Source: a virus
Reading direction: 5' to 3' (one strand)
IMG/VR virus record: IMGVR_UViG_3300020020_000029
Location: 2,527 to 66,526 of that record
DNA: 64,000 nucleotides
In this document: positions 47,087-56,435 of the stretch, one piece after another
Numbering within the stretch: the stretch's first letter is position 1
Layout: the number at the start of each line of letters is the position of its first letter
Notes under the pieces: model-generated
What the model was told of the DNA's origin: nothing
The model's input: the letters and a program-made list of their open reading frames with translations, nothing else
Databases searched by the model: none
Translations under genes and position numbers: made by a program

Positions 47087-48015
47087 TGTAGCGTACCTTT
47101 TTCGAGTTCTTCTATTTTCTTCTTCGCCTCCTCGTTCAATTGCATTTTAAAACTTTCTTCTTTTATCATTCCTATTAAATCAGGTAATAGACCTTCGCCA
47201 TAAAAAGTAGCAGAGAATAGATTATCATACTCTATCATGAATTTTCTAAAATTTTCTGCTTGCGCTAGATGATAGCCTAAACACCTATAGGTCTTCTCAC
47301 TAGGCCCATTCCAAGACATACCTATTTTTAGTTTGTATACTTCGCCTTGATTATCTTTCTCTTCTTGAGTAGATAAATCGTAAGCATAGCTTTCCTCTTC
47401 ACTCAGACAGCTATCGAACCCGAACATATGAAGGTTTCTATAGCCAAGCGTAATTGCCATAGATACGCTTCTAAGCCCTATAGTACAGCCGCCGCCTATG
47501 CCTTGATACTCGCCGTTAGGCTCTATTTTAGCTAAGTGTTTAGTATAGTCATCACTGTGGCAGTGCCACATTACTATGGGGCAATCCTCTAAATATTTAA
47601 ATATCTTAGGATCACACGCTGAAGCTATCAAATATTTGACTTCTAAGTGCTTTAATTTTAAATAATTTATACTTACCGGGTCAGGATCGCAAATAGCAGA
47701 ATAAGTAGGAATAATCCCATTGATAATAAGGTAATCGTGAACCGATCCACAAGCTATGACTGTCCTAAATTTTCTTAGCTCTTCTAATTGGCCTTTAAGC
47801 GAAGGCCCGCCGCCTACAAGAGCTATCGGTAATTCATTCTTTACTTTTTTAAACTCTGGTAGCTCATGAAATCTAGTGTATTTAGTCTTAATGTTCTCAA
47901 ATATGTTCTCTAAAGATACACTAGAAGGCGTAGCTGCTGTAGTGCCTACCCCTCCTAGTGGAGAATAATCAAGATAGGGTCGAGATATCTGGGCAGTCTC
48001 TTGCGATACTTCCAT
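47083..48015 (-). CDS. DUF115/Maf-like (MptE-like) glycosyltransferase, paralog 2
   Basis: IALVGGGPSL, CGSVHDY, CDP, YLIASAC, WH, GGGCTIGLR, GYRNLHMFGFDSC. Confidence 0.8.
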   Translation of the reverse strand: MEVSQETAQISRPYLDYSPLGGVGTTAATPSSVSLENIFENIKTKYTRFHELPEFKKVKNELPIALVGGGPSLKGQLEELRKFRTVIACGSVHDYLIINGIIPTYSAICDPDPVSINYLKLKHLEVKYLIASACDPKIFKYLEDCPIVMWHCHSDDYTKHLAKIEPNGEYQGIGGGCTIGLRSVSMAITLGYRNLHMFGFDSCLSEEESYAYDLSTQEEKDNQGEVYKLKIGMSWNGPSEKTYRCLGYHLAQAENFRKFMIEYDNLFSATFYGEGLLPDLIGMIKEESFKMQLNEEAKKKIEELEKGTLQ

Positions 48016-48048
48016 AATAAATCGACCCTACCCTTCCCTCGTCTAACT

Positions 48049-48618
48049 TTAGACAGATGCAGTTGTCTTCATGTAACCAACCATAACAAACTCGGCAGTA
48101 GTCCCCGAGCTTGTTCCAGCGGCTGTCACGATAACGATATTCTGCACCTGTAGAGCTGTCGCAGAAGCAGTAAGCGCTCCCGCCGTGGCTACGTTGATGT
48201 ATAACTGAGCACCACGGGTAGCAGAGGGGTTAATCATTACACTAAATCCCCCCCTAGCTATCATAAGTGCCCAGAAATAATCACCATTACCACCCGTACC
48301 ACCGTCCGCAACCGTGCTCTTAAAGTGTGCGATACCATAAGAGTACGATTGAGAGGCTGCTAACGCAGAAGTAATGTTATTAGCCTTAAATAAATGGTCA
48401 ATTGCAACCACGTTTAAAGCCGTGACCGTAGCGGATGCTTGAACAAACATCCACTGCGAGCCACCGATACCTTGTGCAGGTTCGCCCAATCTTGGCCTGC
48501 TATCGCCACCGCCCGCAGGATACTCGGGAAACGACGCAGTAGCAAAGAATTGGGTTACAAACATAAGATCGTCGCCGATCTTAGGGTCGGTAGCGTACCA
48601 GTTTGCATATAGAGTCAT
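48049..48618 (-). CDS. Capsid cement/decoration protein
   Basis: Immediately after the MCP; A/T/G-rich; W.FV.A, YFW, LY...TAG.L. Confidence 0.7.
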   Translation of the reverse strand: MTLYANWYATDPKIGDDLMFVTQFFATASFPEYPAGGGDSRPRLGEPAQGIGGSQWMFVQASATVTALNVVAIDHLFKANNITSALAASQSYSYGIAHFKSTVADGGTGGNGDYFWALMIARGGFSVMINPSATRGAQLYINVATAGALTASATALQVQNIVIVTAAGTSSGTTAEFVMVGYMKTTASV

Positions 48619-48664
48619 ATTAATACCTCATTAATTAGAGCAACACATCTCACCGTGACCATTA

Positions 48665-49696
48665 TTATGTACCTAATAGGCCTTGTAAGAACGCGTTGGA
48701 TAGCGTCATGTTCCCAGCCCACCCTAACAGGCGAACCATCGCATCCTGATTAACAGAGAAACGATCAGGATCGAGAGGAACCATGTTACGAGCAGCGTGA
48801 GGACGCCAGTGAATATAATTCGTGTTCAAGAAGTACATGAACGACGAAGGTACACCACCAACTGCTGTAGTTGAGCTAGAAGTCTGGAAGGGTATAGGAT
48901 CATTACTAAACCCTTGGAATCCACCATCTAACACAACATCGCTATTCAGGAATTTAAGAGACGTATAACCAGCTTCAGCTAAATCTGGTGCGCCGCCCTC
49001 AGTAGTTACTCGCTGAATAGACTGCATAGCGTTCAGATAGAACGTATACATATTGTTATCGGCAACGAGTAGATCAGGAAAATCGCGGCCTCTAACAAGC
49101 TGTACCCAAAGAGAGTTCATATACTGAATAATGTTTGCAGAGCTGGTAGCAGCGCCACCATTAGTAAGCGCACTGAAAACAAGATTCCTATAGAACGCCC
49201 ATTGCGATCTATCGATACCGCCAACGGTGCCAGTGGTAGGAGATGCAGCGACTAGAAGCTGCAATCCACCAATAGAACCAGCCACGCTACCGTCGCCATA
49301 TACACCATTAGAAAGTCCGTTCATGAACGTCTGTTCGCCGTTCTCAACACGACTCTCTAAGAGGTCTATAATCGCCTCTTCGCCACTATTTTGCAGTTCC
49401 TCTAGGCCAGAGATGGAAACCGCTAACGCGGCCTGGCGAATAGGAAACTCCGCAGCAGTAAATACTTGACTCGGGTTAATATTAACAGTTTGATAGCCCG
49501 AATACCAAGTGAACGTAGTGTTATTCGCATAGTTCAATTCCTGAACGATAGTGCGACCACCACTAAACGACTTAATGCGGCCCTTCTTGTTCAAACGAGC
49601 AAGAAGCGCATTGTTACGAGATACGTTGTCTTGCAGAACTCCAGTTCTGTTACGCAACGTAGTAGTAACGACTTCTGAAAGATTAGGTGCGGGCAT
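48665..49696 (-). CDS. Major capsid protein
   Basis: TTTLRNR.....DNVS..NALL, FSGG..I.QEL.Y, YSGY, ISGLE.LQNSG.E..IDLL..R, YGDG, GGIDR, YFLNT.Y, NQDA.V....WAGN.T.SN; host-like codons. Confidence 0.92.
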   Translation of the reverse strand: MPAPNLSEVVTTTLRNRTGVLQDNVSRNNALLARLNKKGRIKSFSGGRTIVQELNYANNTTFTWYSGYQTVNINPSQVFTAAEFPIRQAALAVSISGLEELQNSGEEAIIDLLESRVENGEQTFMNGLSNGVYGDGSVAGSIGGLQLLVAASPTTGTVGGIDRSQWAFYRNLVFSALTNGGAATSSANIIQYMNSLWVQLVRGRDFPDLLVADNNMYTFYLNAMQSIQRVTTEGGAPDLAEAGYTSLKFLNSDVVLDGGFQGFSNDPIPFQTSSSTTAVGGVPSSFMYFLNTNYIHWRPHAARNMVPLDPDRFSVNQDAMVRLLGWAGNMTLSNAFLQGLLGT

Positions 49697-49732
49697 TTTT
49701 AATACTCACTATAATTGGTTGATGTAATTAAC

Positions 49733-50947
49733 TTACTCGCTTAATTCCTGAAAAGCTGCTCTAATACTGTCTCTAACAGACGGAGATTTACCAGTGGCCT
49801 TACCATTTAACTTAGAAGATTGATTTGTTACGGGCGCCATCGAAGATGCAGAAGGTTTGAACCCTGAACCTGCCCTTCTGGCTCTAGCCAATCGCTCTGC
49901 TTTTTCTTTTGCTTCACGATCAGACTTAACTTTGGCTTCCTTCGCTGTCTTATCTGCGGCCTCTTTTTGAATAAGAGACGAGATATCGGAGCGAAGCCTG
50001 ATTGCCGCTTCATAAGACCCGTCTAAATCTATCATTCCATCTTTTAAAGGTACTGCTCCACTAGACGACAATTGAGCCATTAATTCTCTGACTTCATCAA
50101 AGTATGGCCTCAATTTATTACCGTCTTTATCCGTTGCGGAAGCCCAGCCAAGAACTAGATTATCGGCAGCGGCTTGCTGTTGAGTAGCAAAATGCTGCTT
50201 TATACCACCTATTTCACTCTGAACTTGCCCAGAAAAGTCGTTAAACCATTCTGGCGGATCATTAGAAGCATTAGGTTGTCCTTCAGAAGGCGCGTCAGTT
50301 AATTGGCTTAAATCTACTCCAAAGTTGTCGGCCAGCTTTTTGAATGTAGCTGCCTTTTGCCTTGGATTTGAGCTGCCAAGGTTTTCCATCCATTGAAATA
50401 GTCTATCAATTGTCTGAGCTTCTGAAACGCCAAATTCTTGAATCATTTGGCGTCTTGGACCAATTACTCGGTCCAATTCATCGAAGGCGCGGACCTTCGG
50501 TGAATACTGCGCAAACCCATTAGAGACTTCTTGCTCACGGGCTGCTATAATTTTCTTATCTTCAGGAGCTAATTTATCCCAAACAGCGCGGCCTTTTACT
50601 TTCCAGAAAGGCGGCGGCTCTACTGAATCTTTATCTTGGGGCTCTTTAGGAGATTTTTCAGAAACGCGTTGTTCTTGCTTACGTTCTCTGCTAGCCACTT
50701 TCCGAAGATCTTTTTCCTCTTTTTCGTCTTTTTCTTCTTTTTCAGTATCTTTTTCATCGATAACGTCTACTTCTTTCTCTTCTTTCTCACTAACCTCTTT
50801 AAACGCAGCACGGATAGAATCACCCACGCTAGGAGGTGATTTATCCTCTACGACATCGTCTTTATCCCGCCCGGTTATAGGCTCGTCGCTATCGCCGAGC
50901 TTGCCGTCGTCTACTACTTTATCTTCAATTTCTTCGTCTTTATCCAT
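49733..50947 (-). CDS. Capsid scaffolding protein
   Basis: Charged N-terminus, PP.W....A.W, S.RDSIRAAF at both ends; upstream of the MCP. Confidence 0.75.
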   Translation of the reverse strand: MDKDEEIEDKVVDDGKLGDSDEPITGRDKDDVVEDKSPPSVGDSIRAAFKEVSEKEEKEVDVIDEKDTEKEEKDEKEEKDLRKVASRERKQEQRVSEKSPKEPQDKDSVEPPPFWKVKGRAVWDKLAPEDKKIIAAREQEVSNGFAQYSPKVRAFDELDRVIGPRRQMIQEFGVSEAQTIDRLFQWMENLGSSNPRQKAATFKKLADNFGVDLSQLTDAPSEGQPNASNDPPEWFNDFSGQVQSEIGGIKQHFATQQQAAADNLVLGWASATDKDGNKLRPYFDEVRELMAQLSSSGAVPLKDGMIDLDGSYEAAIRLRSDISSLIQKEAADKTAKEAKVKSDREAKEKAERLARARRAGSGFKPSASSMAPVTNQSSKLNGKATGKSPSVRDSIRAAFQELSE

Positions 50948-50999
50948 GGCTTCCGTTGTCTTATAAGAGAGGGCCTACGGTCAATTGAGACTTCCAGTA

Positions 51000-51377
51000 T
51001 CAACGCATCGGCTGATGAAGATTATTTTTTACTAGCCACAAAGCTCTCTTTATATCGTCTCTGCGCTGTTTTCTATCTAGTTTTCTTGGTTTTCTTGGTT
51101 TTAATACGTGTTCTTTCTCATTTCCTATTTCAACGCATCCTCTAGCTCTTGTCTCGTCTCTAAATTTTTTCTTAGAAGTATAGAGCTTGCCATTGCACAT
51201 ATGTCTAGTTGCAGGCATTTCATCAGAAATAAATCTAAATTCTACAACTTGATTGCCTTTCATCATACGATTATCTGGCGTAGTGAGAGATAACCAATAG
51301 TAGTACTCTTGATTTTTTTCTACCATGCCCCCCTTGTCCGCAAGAGGGCAATCAGGATTATAGAGATAAGAGGGCAT
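51000..51377 (-). CDS. Hypothetical protein
   Basis: G..YTSK..FR..T...GC.E.GNE motif between portal and scaffold. Confidence 0.7.
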   Translation of the reverse strand: MPSYLYNPDCPLADKGGMVEKNQEYYYWLSLTTPDNRMMKGNQVVEFRFISDEMPATRHMCNGKLYTSKKKFRDETRARGCVEIGNEKEHVLKPRKPRKLDRKQRRDDIKRALWLVKNNLHQPMR

Positions 51378-51378
51378 G

Positions 51379-54225
51379 TTAACTCGCTTTCTTAGGCTTT
51401 TGCTTGGCTTGCATCTGTGCTTTTTGTTTATTCGCTTGCATAGATTGTTTATGCTTTTGGTCCCCTTGTTGTATTTTTTGTTGATGCGCCTGCTTATCTA
51501 AAGAGGCTTTATTCTGCATAGACTCACGCTCTAATTGATGCTTTTCTTGAGTCTGCTGCATGTCCATTTGGCCTTCCTGCTCCCGCATATCCATTTCTCT
51601 GTCTTGCATTTGTAATTCATTTTGTTGTTTTTGCCCATCCATCTGCATTTCATTGTGCTGCGACTGCATATCTAATTGAGCAGTCTGCTGCTGATGATGT
51701 AATTTAGCTTGAAGCTCCATTAATTTCATTTGGTGTTCTTTTTCTTTATAATGGGCCTCATGACGCATTTTCGTCATTTCCATCTCATGAGACTCTTTAT
51801 CTCTTTGAGCTTCCAACTGATGCTTCTGCATCTCTCTCTGATCTTTAGCTTGATCTAGCATAGCTTGGCGCTGATCGTCTCTCTCCATATGAGCATGTTC
51901 GCGCTGATCTTCCCTCTCAGCGGCTTGATGCTCTAGTTGCATCTTTTTAACTTCTATATCATTTTTCTTATCTTCTGGGCTAGGCTGTGGATTTTCTATA
52001 GCCAATTTAGCCTTTTTAGTCATCATTTCACAGAAGTTATCTATTTCGGACTCTAAATCCCTACCTACGCGATATTTTCTAGTACTCCATTGAAGAGTTT
52101 TAGCCATTAAAGGCATTGCGGCAGGCTCACTAGCGGCAATAGTCTCAAAACTCTTCATAAAGTTAGCCATAGAAGTAACAAATTCATTTACATCTTGGCG
52201 ATCTTGATATTTATCACCAAAAATAGTAGAGTCTGTTTCAATGTCTATACGATACCAGCGAATTACATCTTTTCTAAGAAGCTCAATAGCTTTCACTACT
52301 TTAGTTAAAGCAATTACTTCTGGGTCAGGAGGCGGCTCAAACGGTTGCGGTAACTGTAATGGTCCTTGTCCCATCGGCTGTGTTGGCTGCGGCTGTGGAT
52401 TGATTGTTGGTAAGTTTGCTGGCGGACCTCCGGGGAACGATAATACATTTCCGCCTTGCTGTGGTTGAGGCATAGCGGGTTTCTGCATTCCCATTTGACC
52501 TCCAGCCATTCCAGGCGCTTGCGCGTGCATTGGCTGCATCCCCGAGGGTTGACCTCCCGGAGATTGTTGCGGCTGTCCTGGGGCTTGGTTGGGCTGTCCT
52601 GAGGGCTGTCCTGAACTGACATTCTCGCTACTCGCTTTCTCTATCTCCAACTCTCTTAGAATAGCGTCTGGCTGCATCTGTTCAAGATACATAACGCCGC
52701 TAGACTCTATTAAAGTTTCATCTTGGAAGTGTTTACATATAATTTCTGATACTAATTTAATAGCATCTCTAGCGTATCTAGCTACGTCTTCTTGAGATTC
52801 ACTTAGGCGTGTGCCAGAATTGTTATTTTTCAATCTTAGACCCCCTAATGTTTCTCTACTATCAGAAGTGCCCCTTATAACATCACTTATGCCGCTGACT
52901 TGATCCATATCTATGTTAGCTTGCTGGCGAACTTTCTGTAGAGTCTCCATACAAGCCTGTATTTGATCTATAGGAATAAAATCTATAGCACTCTTTAGTC
53001 CACCACTTTCTGCAAAAGCGGTCCATTGCTCCACGGGTAAGAGTTGATTCTCGACGCTTTCATCAAATATACGAGCTATAGCGGGTTTAGAAGCGTCGTA
53101 CACGCCAGCTACTTTACAAGCCATAGTTAACATAGAGAGCCTATTAGTAAGCTCGTCTATGGTAATAGCTTGATCCTGCCACTCTAAATAATCAGCTACA
53201 GGGAAAAGACTATCGTTAGTAAGATTAGAATATAGAGGTCTTGGAACAGGAAAGAAATTTGTAAGTTCAAGGGGATCATCTTTAACATCACAAAGATACT
53301 CATAACCTGTCGAAATCCAATATACTCTACCATCAGTCTTGTTCCATATTTCATAAATAATAATGTCCCTCTCGTTTACGTCTCTAAATATAGCGGTATC
53401 CGTGTAAGAAAGAGAATCATTATTAGTTCCTGAGTGTAAAGACGTATCTGGTTTGAGCGCATTACCTATTTTCTTACCGAATCTCTCGATGGCTTCTTTT
53501 TTAGAGATATGTACTTTCTTGCCAATAGCTTGTACTTCTTCCCACACCCTAGCTTTTGCGGGGAAATGATAAAAATCCCTCCAGTCTAAGTAATCTACTT
53601 CTGTCTTTTCAGAGATTATTTGTTCCTGAGTTTCATCTAGCTCATCTTCTTTAGCATCATCTTCAAGAAGTCTCTTGTCTTTTGTATCTTTGCCTATTTG
53701 ATAAAGAGGATTCTCTATGCCACCTATAGAAGATGCAGGTATAGATTCGCCTTTACCGAACTTAGGTACGTACCTAATCCATACGACGCCACGACCAGGG
53801 AGTAGCCTATCCATAACTGCCATATTCATGGCGTTGTGAAAATTATTAACTTCTAACTCATTTATGAGCGTTCGCTCTAACATTTGAGCAGAAAGTTTAC
53901 CTGTGGGGTCTCTGTCTAAAAATTTTCTATCCACTACAGGAGTAGGGCACCTAGAATATATGGCAGGCTTCATTACTTTAATGTTGGCCCAAAGAAGATT
54001 CATCCTCTTTTGACCTTCTTCATCTATCCTAGAGCGCTCGTCTCTATAGCGTTTAACTATAGTCGCGCCACGCTTATTAAAGCGTCTAGCCGCTTCGTCG
54101 TAAGAATTTATCTGTGCTTTCCAGAAAGCGGCTAATTTAAAACTCTCCCTACCTGCGCCGGGAGCAAGTTTACCATCATCTTCTGGGTGCGCAGATGATT
54201 CATCTACGTCTTCGAAGTCAACCAT
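51379..54225 (-). CDS. Portal protein with long Q/P/M-rich extensions
   Basis: NLLWAN.....PA.Y, D.LLPGRG..W.RY, IYEIW.K, DDPL.L..FFP.PRP, GISD..RG, IDIETDSTI. Confidence 0.88.
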   Translation of the reverse strand: MVDFEDVDESSAHPEDDGKLAPGAGRESFKLAAFWKAQINSYDEAARRFNKRGATIVKRYRDERSRIDEEGQKRMNLLWANIKVMKPAIYSRCPTPVVDRKFLDRDPTGKLSAQMLERTLINELEVNNFHNAMNMAVMDRLLPGRGVVWIRYVPKFGKGESIPASSIGGIENPLYQIGKDTKDKRLLEDDAKEDELDETQEQIISEKTEVDYLDWRDFYHFPAKARVWEEVQAIGKKVHISKKEAIERFGKKIGNALKPDTSLHSGTNNDSLSYTDTAIFRDVNERDIIIYEIWNKTDGRVYWISTGYEYLCDVKDDPLELTNFFPVPRPLYSNLTNDSLFPVADYLEWQDQAITIDELTNRLSMLTMACKVAGVYDASKPAIARIFDESVENQLLPVEQWTAFAESGGLKSAIDFIPIDQIQACMETLQKVRQQANIDMDQVSGISDVIRGTSDSRETLGGLRLKNNNSGTRLSESQEDVARYARDAIKLVSEIICKHFQDETLIESSGVMYLEQMQPDAILRELEIEKASSENVSSGQPSGQPNQAPGQPQQSPGGQPSGMQPMHAQAPGMAGGQMGMQKPAMPQPQQGGNVLSFPGGPPANLPTINPQPQPTQPMGQGPLQLPQPFEPPPDPEVIALTKVVKAIELLRKDVIRWYRIDIETDSTIFGDKYQDRQDVNEFVTSMANFMKSFETIAASEPAAMPLMAKTLQWSTRKYRVGRDLESEIDNFCEMMTKKAKLAIENPQPSPEDKKNDIEVKKMQLEHQAAEREDQREHAHMERDDQRQAMLDQAKDQREMQKHQLEAQRDKESHEMEMTKMRHEAHYKEKEHQMKLMELQAKLHHQQQTAQLDMQSQHNEMQMDGQKQQNELQMQDREMDMREQEGQMDMQQTQEKHQLERESMQNKASLDKQAHQQKIQQGDQKHKQSMQANKQKAQMQAKQKPKKAS

Positions 54226-55661
54226 TAGTATCTACCTTGTAACGCCTTTAGTATATCTTCAGGGCCAAAATTCATCTCAGATTGTCTAGGATCAGTAGGA
54301 ATTTTAGACTGCGGCATTTCGGGTCTAGGGGGTAATTGTTTAGGCGCCATATTTGGCGGTATAAGCCAATTACCTTTATCTGGTGCTGTACTAAGTCTAT
54401 ACTTAAGAAAAGCATCCATTGCTTCTGGATGTGCATAACTCATATTAGACTGATTTATAAGAGAATGTTCACTCGGCGCAGATAAAGGAGCTAGATGCCC
54501 GCCTTTCTGTCCTGGCCTAGACCAAAATCGTCTAGCTGGATTCATTTGCCCTGGATGATCCATAGTAGATTGTAACGGAGGAGCTATACCAGTATCGACT
54601 TTATTACCTATTTCTGGATTTTTAGGCGGATGGCCCATATGCTCGTCTCTGGGAACTCTGACTATAGGCTGATGCGATCTTTGCATAGGGGGATTTACAG
54701 GATTAGGCTCTATGTAGGCTGTTTGTTGCTTTCCTTTAACTTTAGTAGTGTAATTGACGCCTGCTCTTTCTAACCAATTCTCCACCCAACGTCTATCTAC
54801 AGGTTTATGTTTTTCTAGGGATTGTACTATCTCTTCTGGAGACTTAGACGGGGTAATAGATTTACCCCCAAATACGCCTAAAGTTGACCCCCCTCCCTCT
54901 TCGCTAAAAGGTTTCCAGCCACCTCGCATTCTATATTGGTATGACCTGATAGTCGCATCTGAGCCATTAAATTCAGGGTGTCTGCCTCTAAATTCATGTA
55001 AAATACGCTTACCGCCCCCTTGGACCCCTCCAAATCGAGCATCTAGATTTTTAAGAGTACTAAACATTCTTTCATCCCAATTAACGCCTCCAGCGGGATT
55101 TGTTTTAGACGGAACTAATTCAACTTTTGCTACTGAGGGCGCTCCCCCCGCTACATTTACGCCCCCATATAGTCTCACTCTGTTGACTTGCCCTTTTATA
55201 GTTACATCCGAACCTTGATAGTGAGGATGCGCCGCTTTAAAGTCTCTAGCTATTGCGTCAGGCCCTCCAGGTGTTCCTTTAGGATATTTTTCTGATAATT
55301 GTTTGAGAGTATTCTGCATTTCAGGAGTCCATTTAGCCTTAGCTGCTCCCCCACCTAATGCACTTAATACTCCGCTAGCTGTATTAGATAGCGCCCCCAT
55401 TCCAAATAAATCTTGTGTAACTTTTGCAGAATTAACTACACCTTCTTCATCTAAATTCCCCGGTTTGTACCCATGCTGGGTGAAATTCTTTATATTTTTA
55501 TAGATATTCTGAGCTATTTCAGCAGCGCCTTTACCCAAAGTATCTAACGCAGGCACATTACCTGCCATCCCTTTATTAAGGATAGCTAGAATACGCTCAT
55601 TTTCTAGCTTTTTAGCCTGTTGAAGAGCGCCTTGAGTAGTGATTAAAGGTTCATCTTCCAT
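54225..55661 (-). CDS. Hypothetical virion-module protein with two Myb/GcrA-like HTH repeats
   Basis: WTPEMQNTLKQL...GSDVTIKGQVNR and WDERMFSTLKNL...GSDATIRSYQYR. Confidence 0.6.
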   Translation of the reverse strand: MEDEPLITTQGALQQAKKLENERILAILNKGMAGNVPALDTLGKGAAEIAQNIYKNIKNFTQHGYKPGNLDEEGVVNSAKVTQDLFGMGALSNTASGVLSALGGGAAKAKWTPEMQNTLKQLSEKYPKGTPGGPDAIARDFKAAHPHYQGSDVTIKGQVNRVRLYGGVNVAGGAPSVAKVELVPSKTNPAGGVNWDERMFSTLKNLDARFGGVQGGGKRILHEFRGRHPEFNGSDATIRSYQYRMRGGWKPFSEEGGGSTLGVFGGKSITPSKSPEEIVQSLEKHKPVDRRWVENWLERAGVNYTTKVKGKQQTAYIEPNPVNPPMQRSHQPIVRVPRDEHMGHPPKNPEIGNKVDTGIAPPLQSTMDHPGQMNPARRFWSRPGQKGGHLAPLSAPSEHSLINQSNMSYAHPEAMDAFLKYRLSTAPDKGNWLIPPNMAPKQLPPRPEMPQSKIPTDPRQSEMNFGPEDILKALQGRY

Positions 55662-55664
55662 CTT

Positions 55665-56021
55665 TTATCTCAACGGAGGATAAAACATATTGTGTTTAGT
55701 CCAATAGTCCATAATAGAAGGGTCTAACCCTTTTGCTCGAACTTTTTGATCTAAAATAGCATCGCTGTATTTTAGATTGTCTGATCTATTTGGGCCTCTA
55801 TTAGGCGGGCCTGCATTAGGATGTCTAATACCAGGATTTTGATTAGCCTCATAAGGAAATCTCATAGTCCCATGATTACCATGCGGGCCTAATTTAAATA
55901 AATTCTCTTGTGGTATTTGAGGTTGTGGAGTAGGCATAGAAGGCGCAGGTTTAGACTTCCCCATGAGAGATTTTAGTACCAATTTAGCTATATCGGTTAA
56001 ACCTGCCTGTGGAACCATCAA
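55665..56021 (-). CDS. P-rich hypothetical protein
   Basis: Abutting operon ORF. Confidence 0.6.
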   Translation of the reverse strand: MMVPQAGLTDIAKLVLKSLMGKSKPAPSMPTPQPQIPQENLFKLGPHGNHGTMRFPYEANQNPGIRHPNAGPPNRGPNRSDNLKYSDAILDQKVRAKGLDPSIMDYWTKHNMFYPPLR

Positions 56022-56435
56022 TTATTGTCCTGTTTTAGTCTGTGTAGAGCCAAAATAGTATTCCCAAGGATGAGGCTGTGGTAGAGAATCTGGATTGGGT
56101 TGCTCTGGCATTACTACAGTTTCATCAGTTGGTATCTTAGAGAATTGATTCATTTGCGGCTGTTGTGTAGAAGGCTGCACTCCTTTAGGGAAAGAAGACC
56201 CTCCCGTTCTACCTATTGTAGAAGTATCTCTTCCCATAAGGGAATTTAGTATTCTTGTTAAAAAAGACTCATCTAAGTGTTGTTGATTATACTGCTCTAC
56301 GTTTTTACTTTCGCGCTCCCCCGGTGTATATTCTAACTTTTTATCCCCGTGCATCATAGGCGCGCCTAGATTGTCCCAAAAAGGGTCATTGGGGGGCGGT
56401 TGTAATCTAAGCGCATTTAATATTTGTTCATTCAT
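56022..56435 (-). CDS. P/Q-rich hypothetical protein
   Basis: Abutting operon ORF. Confidence 0.6.
   Translation of the reverse strand: MNEQILNALRLQPPPNDPFWDNLGAPMMHGDKKLEYTPGERESKNVEQYNQQHLDESFLTRILNSLMGRDTSTIGRTGGSSFPKGVQPSTQQPQMNQFSKIPTDETVVMPEQPNPDSLPQPHPWEYYFGSTQTKTGQ

Noticed and set aside
48620-48634. Another TTAA-N7-TTAA box
   Set aside because: It overlaps the cement gene RBS inside an operon with no -10 at the matching distance; plausible by chance in AT-rich DNA.
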